Positions 1-8,230 of a DNA stretch of 32,000 nt are shown here, one piece after another. The position numbers were made by a program, and so were the translations under genes. The number at the start of each line of letters is the position of its first letter. Within the stretch, counting starts at the first letter, position 1. This stretch comes from Desulfobulbus propionicus DSM 2032. GTDB taxonomy: Bacteria > Desulfobacterota > Desulfobulbia > Desulfobulbales > Desulfobulbaceae. The stretch is from contig NC_014972.1 of assembly GCF_000186885.1 (NCBI RefSeq), positions 2,070,001-2,102,000 on the forward strand, given 5' to 3'. Below the pieces are notes generated by a model that did not search any database, was not told the DNA's origin, and worked only from the letters and a program-made list of their open reading frames with translations.

Positions 1-33
1 CGCGCTGTGGATGCGGATCGGTGCGGCACCCAT

Positions 34-1095
34 CTAGCAAACCGGGGTATAATCCATCAACCGCTGCTGCGGCTCAAAGCCGGCATCGCGGACCAATCGC
101 CTAATCTCCTCTTCTGAAAGGCGAAAATGGACGCCGGCCGCGGCCACCACATTTTCCTCGATCATGGTCGAGCCGAAGTCGTTGGCGCCAAAAAAGAGGG
201 AAAGCTGGGCGATCTTCGGTCCTTGCGTTACCCAAGAGGCTTGAATGTTGGCGATATTGTCGAGGAAGATACGGCTCAAGGCTAGCATGCGCAGATAGCT
301 GACCGCAGTGGTCTTCTCGATGCGGCGGGCCGCAGCCAATGGAGTGTGGTCGGGTTGAAAGGGCCAGGGAATGAAGGCGGTGAACCCACCGGTGCGGTCC
401 TGGAGGTCGCGGACCCGCTGCAGGTGCTCCAGCCGCTCTTCCATGGTTTCGATGTGGCCGAACATCATGGTGGCCGTGGTTCGCAAGCCCTGGCGATGCG
501 CTTGTTCCATGATCCCGATCCACTGGTCGGCGCTGCATTTTTTGGGCGCCAACTCCTGCCTGACCCGGTCGCACAGAATCTCGGCGCCGCCGCCGGGGAT
601 GGAATCAAGACCGGCAGCGATCAACCGCTCAAGGACCGTGGCGATTGGCAACCCGGACAGTTGGGCGAAATGGTGGATCTCGGGGGGGGAAAAACCGTGG
701 ACATGGATGCCGGTGGTTTTGATGAACCGCAGCATTTCCTCGTAAAACTCCAGCGGCTTGTCCGGATGCAATCCGCCCTGCAATAAAATTTGCGTGCCGC
801 CGAGAGCCTGGGTCTCGTGTATCTTGTCAGCCAATTGCTCTCGCGTCAGCACCTCGCCGTGCGGGTCGTCCGGAGCCTTGAAAAAGGCACAGAACTTACA
901 GGCCGAGATACAGACGTCGGTATAGTTGATATTGCGGTCAATCACATAGGTGACCACCGGCCGCGGATGGAGTCGGCGGCGCACACCATCGGCGAGCATG
1001 CCGAGCTGGTGCAGGTCAGCGTCACGCGTCAAACGGAGGAATGCCTCCCCTTCGATACGCTCCCCGGCTTCTATCTTGGCAATGAGGTTCCGCAT
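34..1095 (-). CDS. mqnC: Radical SAM enzyme of the futalosine menaquinone pathway, MqnC-like (cyclic dehypoxanthinyl futalosine synthase)
   Basis: 353-aa ORF. It has the Fe-S cluster motif CISACKFC and the motifs GGTQILLQGGLHP, HGFSPPEI, GGGAEIL and TAFIPWPFQP, typical of the CofH/MqnC/MqnE clade. The MqnC versus MqnE assignment rests only on remembered motif patterns. It is adjacent to a paralogue. Confidence 0.7.
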   Translation of the reverse strand: MRNLIAKIEAGERIEGEAFLRLTRDADLHQLGMLADGVRRRLHPRPVVTYVIDRNINYTDVCISACKFCAFFKAPDDPHGEVLTREQLADKIHETQALGGTQILLQGGLHPDKPLEFYEEMLRFIKTTGIHVHGFSPPEIHHFAQLSGLPIATVLERLIAAGLDSIPGGGAEILCDRVRQELAPKKCSADQWIGIMEQAHRQGLRTTATMMFGHIETMEERLEHLQRVRDLQDRTGGFTAFIPWPFQPDHTPLAAARRIEKTTAVSYLRMLALSRIFLDNIANIQASWVTQGPKIAQLSLFFGANDFGSTMIEENVVAAAGVHFRLSEEEIRRLVRDAGFEPQQRLMDYTPVC

Positions 1096-1100
1096 GGCGC

Positions 1101-2195
1101 TCAGAAGGTGGCAAGAACGTTATAGAGTGTGTCGCGCTGCACCGGTTGGCGACCGGCCTCGTGGATCAGCCGGATCAGGGTTTTGTGCCCCAGAGCCTGT
1201 TCGGTTTCCGCCCCGGCCATGTGGGTGATCACTTCTTCCTTGACCGTGCCGTCCATGTCGTCGGCGCCAAAGGCAAGGGCCACTTGAGCCAGCTTGGGAC
1301 CGACCATCACCCAATAGGCTTTGATGTGCGGAAAGTTGTCGAGCATCAGCCGACTGACCGCGATATTTTTCAGATCGTTGATGCCGCTGGTATTGGAATG
1401 CTCGGCCATCTCAGTGTTTTTTGGATGAAAGGCCAAGGGAATGAAGGCAAGGAAACCACCGGTTTCATCCTGGGTGTGACGCAGGGCATCAAGATGTTCC
1501 AGTCGTTCATCGATGGACTCGATATGGCCATACAGCATAGTGGCATTGGTGCGCAGTCCCAACCGGTGAGCGGTCCGCGCCACCTCAAGCCACCCTTCCC
1601 CGGAAAGCTTTCTCTCGCAGGTCAGGCGGCGGATACGCGGGCTGAACACTTCAGCCCCGCCGCCGGGCATTGACCCAAGGCCGGCCGCCATCAGCTCCTC
1701 AAGGGTCGTATCGACCGGTTTGCCGGCCAGCTGAGCCAGGTGGTGGATCTCCACACAGGTGAAAGCCTGGATGTGTACCTCGGGGCGAACGTCCTTGATA
1801 CCGCGCAACAAATCGAGATAATAGGAAAAAGGCAGATCGGGATGAATGCCGCCAACCACATGGATCTCGGTGATCGGTTCATCGAGCCGCTGCCGGACCT
1901 TCTCCTTGACCTCCTCGATGCTCATCTCATAGGCAAGGGCATGCCCCTTTTCCTTGCCAAAGGCGCAGAATTTACAGAGATTGGTGCAAATATTGGAATA
2001 GTTGATGTGCTGGTTGTAGATGAAAAACGCCTGATTGCCGTTTTTCCGCTCGCGGACGATATTGGCCAAATACCCCACGGCCAGGATGTTGGGATGCTGA
2101 TACAGTTGGCGCCCATCATCCAGGGAAAGCCGCTCTCCATTGCGAACCTTGGTGAGAATGCCGCCCAGACCAGCCTGTTCAATATATGCATCCAT
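1101..2195 (-). CDS. mqnE: Radical SAM enzyme of the futalosine menaquinone pathway, MqnE-like (aminofutalosine synthase)
   Basis: 364-aa ORF. It has the cluster motif CTNLCKFC and the motifs ITEIHVVGGIHP, AFTCVEIHH, GGGAEVF and AFIPLAFHPKNT. A GGAGGAAG Shine-Dalgarno lies upstream of the ATG at 2195. Confidence 0.7.
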   Translation of the reverse strand: MDAYIEQAGLGGILTKVRNGERLSLDDGRQLYQHPNILAVGYLANIVRERKNGNQAFFIYNQHINYSNICTNLCKFCAFGKEKGHALAYEMSIEEVKEKVRQRLDEPITEIHVVGGIHPDLPFSYYLDLLRGIKDVRPEVHIQAFTCVEIHHLAQLAGKPVDTTLEELMAAGLGSMPGGGAEVFSPRIRRLTCERKLSGEGWLEVARTAHRLGLRTNATMLYGHIESIDERLEHLDALRHTQDETGGFLAFIPLAFHPKNTEMAEHSNTSGINDLKNIAVSRLMLDNFPHIKAYWVMVGPKLAQVALAFGADDMDGTVKEEVITHMAGAETEQALGHKTLIRLIHEAGRQPVQRDTLYNVLATF

Positions 2196-2213
2196 ATTCT
2201 ACCAACTTCCTCC

Positions 2214-2251
2214 GAAAGAAAAAAAGAAGCCCCTTCAACAACAAGGGGCTT
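2214..2251 (-). terminator. Rho-independent terminator after the sigma factor gene
   Basis: On the minus strand the sequence is AAGCCCCTT-gttgttg-AAGGGGCTT, a 9-bp perfect stem at 2227..2251. It is followed by CTTTTTTTCTTTC (plus-strand A tract 2215..2226). It begins 26 nt after the stop at 2277. Confidence 0.7.
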
Positions 2252-2276
2252 GGATTCGTGGGGTGAAAAAACGATA

Positions 2277-3596
2277 TCAATCGAGGAAAAAGCGCAATTT
2301 TTCCCGACGGCTCGAATGGCGCAGGCGATTGAGGGCCTTCTTCTCGATCTGACGGATGCGTTCCCGCGACACATTAAACCGTTTGCCGATCTCTTCCAGG
2401 GTGTATTCGGCCTTTTCGCCGATCCCAAAGCGCAGACGGATAATTTTTTCCTCCCGATCGGTCAAGGTCGACAGCACCTCCGTCACCCGGTGGGCCAATT
2501 CCCGGTTCTGAACCGCATCGTAGGGTGATTCGGATTCCTGATTCTCGAGGAAATCACCCAAGGTAGAATCGTCGTCCCCCACGGGCGTCTCCAGGGAGAT
2601 CGGTTCACGCGAAGCCTCGAGGATGGCCAGGATCTTGTCCATCGGCAGATCGGTCATTTTGGAAATTTCCACCGGGGTCGGCTCGCGTCCCAGCTCCTTG
2701 AGTAGGGAGTAAAAAGCCTTGAAAAACTGACTACGCAGCTCGAGAAAATGCACCGGCAGGCGGATGGTCCGGGTCTTGTCGAGGATGGCGCGGGTAATGG
2801 CCTGCCGAATCCACCACGAGGCATAGGTGGAAAATTTATTGCCTTTTTTGTAGTCAAAACGGAAAACCGCCCGCATCAGACCGAGATTGCCTTCTTGGAT
2901 GAGGTCGGCCAAGGTCAACCCCTGGTGCATGTATCGCTTGGCAATGGACACCACCAGCCGTAAATTGGCACGGATCATCGAGTCCTTGGCAAACTCGATC
3001 GACCGGTTGTAGGCCTCGATCTTGGTCGACAACTCGAACAACTCCCGTTTGTCGGGATAGTTGCGGTTGGCAATGCTGACGCAATGCCGCATGTAGTTCA
3101 ACTGCTGTTTTTTGGGTTTGAGGGTCGGATCACGGCGCTGCCAGAGATCGATCCGATCGACCAGCATTTTGATTTCCGCCACTCCGGACGCATCCTGACG
3201 GATAGCCTCGATGATGGCGTCAAACCCTTCGCGGATGGTTTTGGAATACTTCGCCTCCTCCTCGGGGGTGAGCAGGTCGAACTGGCCCATCTCCCTCAGA
3301 TAGGTGGTGGTGGTTTCCTCGGATTCATGTTCTTCGCTGTCCGGCAAGGTATCGGAAGCGTTGTCTTCCTCACCGCTTTTCTTTCCGGTCCATTCTTCGC
3401 CGGACAGTGTCTTTCTCTTTCCCGATTCTTCCTGGGTGACGATCTCAATATTATTTTCCCCAAGAAAATCGAACAATTCTTCAATAGCTCCCGGATCTTT
3501 TACCTGCTCGGGGAGCAATTCGTTCAAGTGTTGAAATGTGATGCAGCCCTCATCTTTTCCGGCTTCAAGAAGGTCATTTTTTATACCTGCGAGCAC
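2277..3596 (-). CDS. RpoD-family sigma-70 factor (439 aa; group 1/2-like, with a region 1.1-like N-terminus)
   Basis: Region 1.2 reads [16 protein letters not shown]. Region 2 reads [41 protein letters not shown]. Region 4 reads [29 protein letters not shown]. The GTG start at 3596 is preceded by AAAGGAGAAGG. Confidence 0.85.
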   Translation of the reverse strand: [439 protein letters not shown]

Positions 3597-3795
3597 CTGC
3601 CTTCTCCTTTAGTCTGTGCATGAACGCACGAAATAAATTTTTTGGGCAAAAAAGAATAGTATAGTTTAAACCATCCAAAAGAAAATGCAATCAGAGAGTG
3701 TTTTCCATGTAAAAAAAGCGTATAAAGAAAACGCGTTAAAAGGAACGATCCATGAAAAGGCATCTGGCATTTCATTCCGACGGGAATAAACCATA

Positions 3796-5364
3796 ATGAA
3801 CAATGGTACATCGATAAACATTCTCCGGCAAAGATCAAGCGGAATTTTATTGCCGATTTTTTCCTTGCCCAGCCCCCAAGGAATCGGCGACCTGGGCACG
3901 TCGTCACGAAATTATATCGATTTTTTAAAAAACAGCGAGCAGCGCTGCTGGCAGTTGCTTCCCGTCGGACCGACCAGCCCGGTTTTCGGCAATTCGCCCT
4001 ACATGAGCAATTCGGCTTTTGCCGGCAATCCGCTGTTCATCGCCACCGAAGAGCTGGTTGAGCAAGGCCTGCTGTTGCGTGAGGAAATCCCCTGTTGCTC
4101 TTTTTCAGAATACCAGGTCGACTATCAATTAATTGCCGAATATAAACAGGGCATTTTCAAACTTGCCTGGAAACGCTTTGCCGCAACCCCCCGCCTTGTA
4201 CGACGCCTTGAGCAGTTTACCCATCAGCATCCCTGGGTGGCAAACCATGGGCTGTTCATGGCACTCAAGGAAACGTTTCGGCAGCGCCCCTGGTACGAAT
4301 GGCCACTCGCACTGCGACAACGGGAACCGGCCGCATTAAACCAAATGGGCCAAGAGCTCGCCGCCCCAATCGCCTACCATATTTTCCTCCAATATCTGTT
4401 TTTCAGTCAGTGGCAACAGCTTCGCGCCTATGCCAACCGGCAGGGAATTCAGCTCATCGGCGATTTGCCGATTTATGTTGCCTTGGACAGTGTCGATGTC
4501 TGGGCCCACCAATCGATCTTTCAAATGGATCGTGCCCAATGCCGTCCCACCCATGTGGCCGGGGTGCCGCCGGATTATTTCAGCGCCACCGGCCAGCGCT
4601 GGGGCAATCCGCTCTATTGCTGGGACACATCCACCCCGCAGGTGCGCGACCAGCTGTGGAACTGGTGGGAAGAACGGCTGCGGCTCAACTTTACCCTGGT
4701 TGACACCCTGCGAATCGATCACTTCCGTGGCTTTGAATCCTATTGGGCGGTTCCGGCCGAGGAAGAGACCGCGCTCCATGGGTGCTGGCAGCCTGGACCG
4801 GGCTTGCCATTTTTTGCAGAAATGACAAAACGTCTGGGGAGCATGAGCATTATTGCCGAAGATCTCGGGGTGATCACGCCCGAGGTTGACGTACTGCGCC
4901 GCAGTCTCGGTTATCCTGGGATGAAAATTCTGCTCTTTGCCTTTGACGGCGATCCATGCAACAGCTATCTTCCCTATAACAGTGAAAAAGAAAGCGTCAT
5001 GTACACCGGTACCCACGACAACGACACCGCCGTGGGCTGGTACCTCAGCCCTGACGTTGCCCCGGAGGCCAAGCGACGGGCCAAGCGCTTTGCCAACCGC
5101 CAGGACGACCAGGCAGGTTCCTTTCACCAGGAACTGATTCACCTCGCCCTCTCCTCGCCCTCAAATCTGGTGATACTGCCGTTGCAGGACGTGCTTGGGT
5201 TCGGCAATGACTGCCGGATGAACACTCCGGGAACAACGGAGAACAACTGGCGTTGGCGTTGTGCAGAGCGATTCATCAACAATGATGTGGCGGGCTGGCT
5301 TTCGGATCTCACCCACCTGTTCGGCCGCGTGCCCCCAACCGATCAATCCTGCCAACCCATTTGA
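3796..5364 (+). CDS. malQ: 4-alpha-glucanotransferase (amylomaltase, GH77)
   Basis: 522-aa ORF. The N-terminal motif is RSSGILLPIFSLPSPQGIGDLG, with further motifs GDLPIYVALDSVDVWA, LRIDHFRGF and YTGTHDNDT, all typical of MalQ. Confidence 0.9.
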   Translation: MNNGTSINILRQRSSGILLPIFSLPSPQGIGDLGTSSRNYIDFLKNSEQRCWQLLPVGPTSPVFGNSPYMSNSAFAGNPLFIATEELVEQGLLLREEIPCCSFSEYQVDYQLIAEYKQGIFKLAWKRFAATPRLVRRLEQFTHQHPWVANHGLFMALKETFRQRPWYEWPLALRQREPAALNQMGQELAAPIAYHIFLQYLFFSQWQQLRAYANRQGIQLIGDLPIYVALDSVDVWAHQSIFQMDRAQCRPTHVAGVPPDYFSATGQRWGNPLYCWDTSTPQVRDQLWNWWEERLRLNFTLVDTLRIDHFRGFESYWAVPAEEETALHGCWQPGPGLPFFAEMTKRLGSMSIIAEDLGVITPEVDVLRRSLGYPGMKILLFAFDGDPCNSYLPYNSEKESVMYTGTHDNDTAVGWYLSPDVAPEAKRRAKRFANRQDDQAGSFHQELIHLALSSPSNLVILPLQDVLGFGNDCRMNTPGTTENNWRWRCAERFINNDVAGWLSDLTHLFGRVPPTDQSCQPI

Positions 5365-5403
5365 ACAACAAGGCGGCATCAACGGACCGCACAGGCACCC
5401 CGC

Positions 5404-5676
5404 TCAGCTATAGATCAACACCAACGCATCACGGTTGAACGAAATTCTCAGACGTCCGCCGTGGGTGCGGCCATACACCTCCCACCCCGGTTCGCCCCTG
5501 ATCTCGCATTGTATCCCGTGGGGAGAATGGAGATTGTTCCGCGCATCGCTCCAGGCAATCAGGACGGCCTCCTCATTTTCTTTTCCGGCAATTTCCTGAC
5601 CGATGCGCTGCGCCAGTGAAAAATCCACGTCAATGCCATCGATGTGAAGCGCAATGCGCTGTACACCTACGACCAT
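5404..5676 (-). CDS. Small hypothetical protein (90 aa)
   Basis: This is the C-terminal part of ORF 5404..6084. The internal ATG at 5676 is preceded by GAGGGAAAAA. The longer N-terminal extension would overlap the rhodanese gene start. I recognise no family. Confidence 0.45.
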   Translation of the reverse strand: MVVGVQRIALHIDGIDVDFSLAQRIGQEIAGKENEEAVLIAWSDARNNLHSPHGIQCEIRGEPGWEVYGRTHGGRLRISFNRDALVLIYS

Positions 5677-5824
5677 TTTTCCCTCGCTTTCGTTTTTAAA
5701 TGATAATCGTTCTTCTTGTTTGCCTAAGCGCCGTCCCTTCGAGTATACTTGAACAAATTGCATGGTGCATGCATCAATTTGGGAGACTTCGGTCACCCGC
5801 AACCCATCACCAAGGAGGACTGCC

Positions 5825-7147
5825 GTGAACAAAAAAATGTTGCCACTGCTCCCGCTCTGCCTGATGCTCGGCTTGCTTGCCAGCGGCTGCGCGGGACCCA
5901 AGAATGCCGAGGTCGCCGAGACGCCCGCTGTCCAGCAGGAGATGCAAAAAAATGAACCACTGATGTATGAGGGCGAGATCGCCGGCGTTTCGGAACGGGC
6001 CAAAACCGTCTCCATCACGGTGGGCAAGGGAGAGCAGGCCAAGGTGATGATGGTCAAGTTTGACGACAAGACCAAAGGTGTCAATCAGGCCGCGAAGGGA
6101 CGCGCCGTGCAAATCACCTATGAAATGCGTGACAAGGATGCCTACGCCACCGACATTCAGTTGAAACTGGCCAAATTGCCCGCCGGGACCACTGAAATCA
6201 AAACACCTGAACTGCAACAATTGATCGACGAAAAAAAGCCATTTTTTCTGGTGGATTCCCGTCCGACGATTCGTTACGATCAGTCGCACCTGCCCGAGGC
6301 GCATTCCATCCCTGTACCCTTGCTGGAAAAGAAAGGCGCTGCAGTCTTACCAAAAGACAAAGACATGCCCATAGTTTTCTATTGCGGAGGGCCCACCTGA
6401 GGCATGTCCACTGCCTCCGCCGGTCTGGCGAAGAAATTGGGTTACAACAATGTCCGCGTTTATCTTGATGGCGAACCGGCCTGGTCCAAGGCCAATCTGC
6501 CCACCTATTCCACGACTGAGTTCATCAAGCATGGCAATGTGGTCCTGATTGACATCCGGCCGACCAACAAGGCCATCGCTGGGCGCATCAAGGGTGCCTA
6601 CAGCGTCCCCTACGATATGCTCGAAGACAGGCTCGATGATGTTCCTCGCAACGCCCCCATCGTGCTCTATGGCGACAAAGAAGTATTGCAGGCAATGAGC
6701 GACGTGCGCGAAGAAGGGTTCAATTTTGTTTCCTTGGTCAAAGGCGGCTACCAAGGATGGGTCAAAGCGGGCGGCGAAATTGAAAAGGGGCCGATCTTCA
6801 ACACCGAGATCAAATGGGTGAGGAAACTTGGCAAGGGAGAGGTTTCAGTGGCCGATTTCCGCAAGGCTGCGTCCGGCGAAGACAAGAACGCGATCATCGT
6901 CGACGCCCGCACCAAGGAAGAGGTGGCCGAACTGGGCATATTCAAGAATACAATCAATATCCCGCTGGACGAGATCCCCGCACGGATGAACGAACTTCCC
7001 AAGGACAAAAAGATTTATGTGCACTGCTCCACCGGTGCCCGTGCTGACATGGCTTATAACGAACTGGTCAAACACGGTTTTGACGTGAAGTTCCTCCTGC
7101 TCAATATCAAGGACGCTGAATGCGACTGTGAGATCATCAGGCCTTGA
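5825..7147 (+). CDS. Lipoprotein with three rhodanese-like domains; in-frame UGA (6398..6400) read as selenocysteine
   Basis: The GTG at 5825 lies 6 nt after AAGGAGG. The signal peptide plus lipobox reads MLPLLPLCLMLGLLASGC. ORFs 5762..6400 and 6404..7147 share a frame and are separated only by TGA-GGC. The stop sits inside the rhodanese loop FYCGGPT[TGA]GMSTASAGLAKKLGYNNVRVYLDGEPAW. The second rhodanese domain lacks Cys. The third carries the loop HCSTGAR. Confidence 0.75.
6398..6442 (+). promoter_or_regulatory. Candidate bacterial SECIS element downstream of the recoded UGA
   Basis: The hairpin at 6415..6433 is CUC-CGCC[GGUCU]GGCG-AAG (4 GC pairs, then 2 more pairs after a C.A mismatch). 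A possible lower stem pairs CCA 6408..6410 with UGG 6438..6440. The apical loop GGUCU starts about 25 nt from the U of UGA. As I recall it, this resembles the E. coli fdhF SECIS loop GGUC. Confidence 0.55.
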
Positions 7148-7193
7148 GATCGGAAACGATTGCAGGCGAATAATCTCCTCCGCGCACACATTT

Positions 7194-7223
7194 GGGGGGC
7201 CGTTCATACGTAAGCGGCCCCCC
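7194..7223. terminator. GC-rich hairpin between convergent genes (possible bidirectional terminator)
   Basis: GGGGGGCCG (7194..7202) pairs perfectly with CGGCCCCCC (7215..7223) around a 12-nt loop. TTT precedes it on the plus strand. It lies between the rhodanese gene stop (7147) and the Hpt gene stop (7248). No strong U tract is present. Confidence 0.45.
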
Positions 7224-7247
7224 ATATCACTTATTGCCCAGCGATCA

Positions 7248-7574
7248 TTACTCGATGTTCTTCAACTGATCAAGCAACTCGGCCATGAGGGAGAGCTTCT
7301 CCTGGGCAACGGCCAAGGATCCCTGGCGAGCGTCGGTCTCCATGGTCATCGCCAGCTGCCGAATCCCTTCAATGCCCAAACTGGCCGCAGCCCCCTTGAG
7401 GCTGTGCGCTGCCCGTACAACTTCTTCGGCATCACCAGCGCCCACCGCCCGCCGCAACTGTTCCAAGTCAGAGGCGGAAGAATCCTTGAACAATAGCAAC
7501 AGTTCTTCCAGCAACTCCTCATCACCCGCAGTTTGTTCCAAGGCGAATGCTTTATTCCAGTGCAAATCAGCCAT
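7248..7574 (-). CDS. Single-domain histidine phosphotransfer (HPt) protein
   Basis: 108-aa ORF. The HPt signature is AAHSLKGAAASLGI, with the phosphorylatable His. The ATG at 7574 is preceded by GGAGG. Confidence 0.8.
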   Translation of the reverse strand: MADLHWNKAFALEQTAGDEELLEELLLLFKDSSASDLEQLRRAVGAGDAEEVVRAAHSLKGAAASLGIEGIRQLAMTMETDARQGSLAVAQEKLSLMAELLDQLKNIE

Positions 7575-7594
7575 ACATGCCTCCGGCTTTTTGT

Positions 7595-8230
7595 TTATGA
7601 ATTGAGCAGAATCGACGCGACCCGGGATCGAACCGTGGCAAAGGCAAGTTTGCCTTCACGCAGGCAGGTGAGCGTGGCCCCGTGCAGCCCCACCAATGTC
7701 GAGCCACTGCCGCCCGGGGTGTGGCCACCGTCGAGAATCAGATCAACCTCAGTATCGAAAATTCGTTCCACCTCGTCGGCCGTGACTGCGGCGGGAGACC
7801 CGGAACGATTGGCGCTGGTGGCAGTGATCGGACCGCCAAAGACGTCAATCAAACGGTTGGCTGTTTCGTTGGGGGAGTGACGAATGCCGACGGTTCCGGT
7901 GTTGCCGGTCAAGCGATTGGGCACCGAGGAACGGGCCGGGTAGACAAGTGTCAGCGGTCCTGGCCAGAATGCCTCGATCAAGCAGTTGTAGATCGCCGGT
8001 ATCTCCTCGACCAGCCGGCGCACCTGTTCGTGCGAGGAAACCAATACCAGAATGGGCAGTTCCCTTGCCCGGCGCTTGATTTGAAAGAGACGTTCAAGCG
8101 CCTTTTGATTGAACGGATCGACGGCCAAGCCGTAATAGGTCTCGGTCGGAAAGGCGACCACTCCCCCGGATAGCAAGACGGCGGCGGCCCGATCAAGGTT
8201 TTCCGGGGTAACGGCAAGCGGTGGGTTCAC
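7595..8230 (-). CDS. tsaC: L-threonylcarbamoyladenylate synthase (YrdC/TsaC/Sua5 family)
   Basis: 211-aa ORF with the motifs VVAFPTETYYGLAVDP, WPGPLTLV and ATSANRSG. Its GTG start overlaps the purD-purE stop (GTGA at 8227..8230). Confidence 0.85.
   Translation of the reverse strand: MNPPLAVTPENLDRAAAVLLSGGVVAFPTETYYGLAVDPFNQKALERLFQIKRRARELPILVLVSSHEQVRRLVEEIPAIYNCLIEAFWPGPLTLVYPARSSVPNRLTGNTGTVGIRHSPNETANRLIDVFGGPITATSANRSGSPAAVTADEVERIFDTEVDLILDGGHTPGGSGSTLVGLHGATLTCLREGKLAFATVRSRVASILLNS

Noticed and set aside
1-33. Possible start of another minus-strand gene. ATG at 33..31 directly abuts the mqnC stop (TAGATG) and reads MGAAPIRIHSA... out of the window.
   Set aside because: Only 11 codons are visible, which is too little to support a call or a product. 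It is plausible as the next gene of the menaquinone operon but unsupported.
34-2195. Alternative reading of the two radical SAM genes as CofG/CofH (F420 FO synthase).
   Set aside because: The motif patterns (GGTQILLQGGLHP with FIPWPFQP, and TEIHVVGGIHP with FIPLAFHPKNT) fit my recollection of MqnC and MqnE better. An adjacent MqnC/MqnE pair is typical of futalosine-pathway organisms. This still needs an HMM search (TIGR03699/TIGR03700) to settle.
5677-6084. N-terminal 136 residues of ORF 5404..6084 (-), which would make a 226-aa protein.
   Set aside because: This extension runs antisense through the signal peptide and N-terminal domain of the well-supported rhodanese lipoprotein gene and has an implausible composition. 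The internal ATG at 5676, with GAGGGAAAAA upstream, gives a compact 90-aa product.
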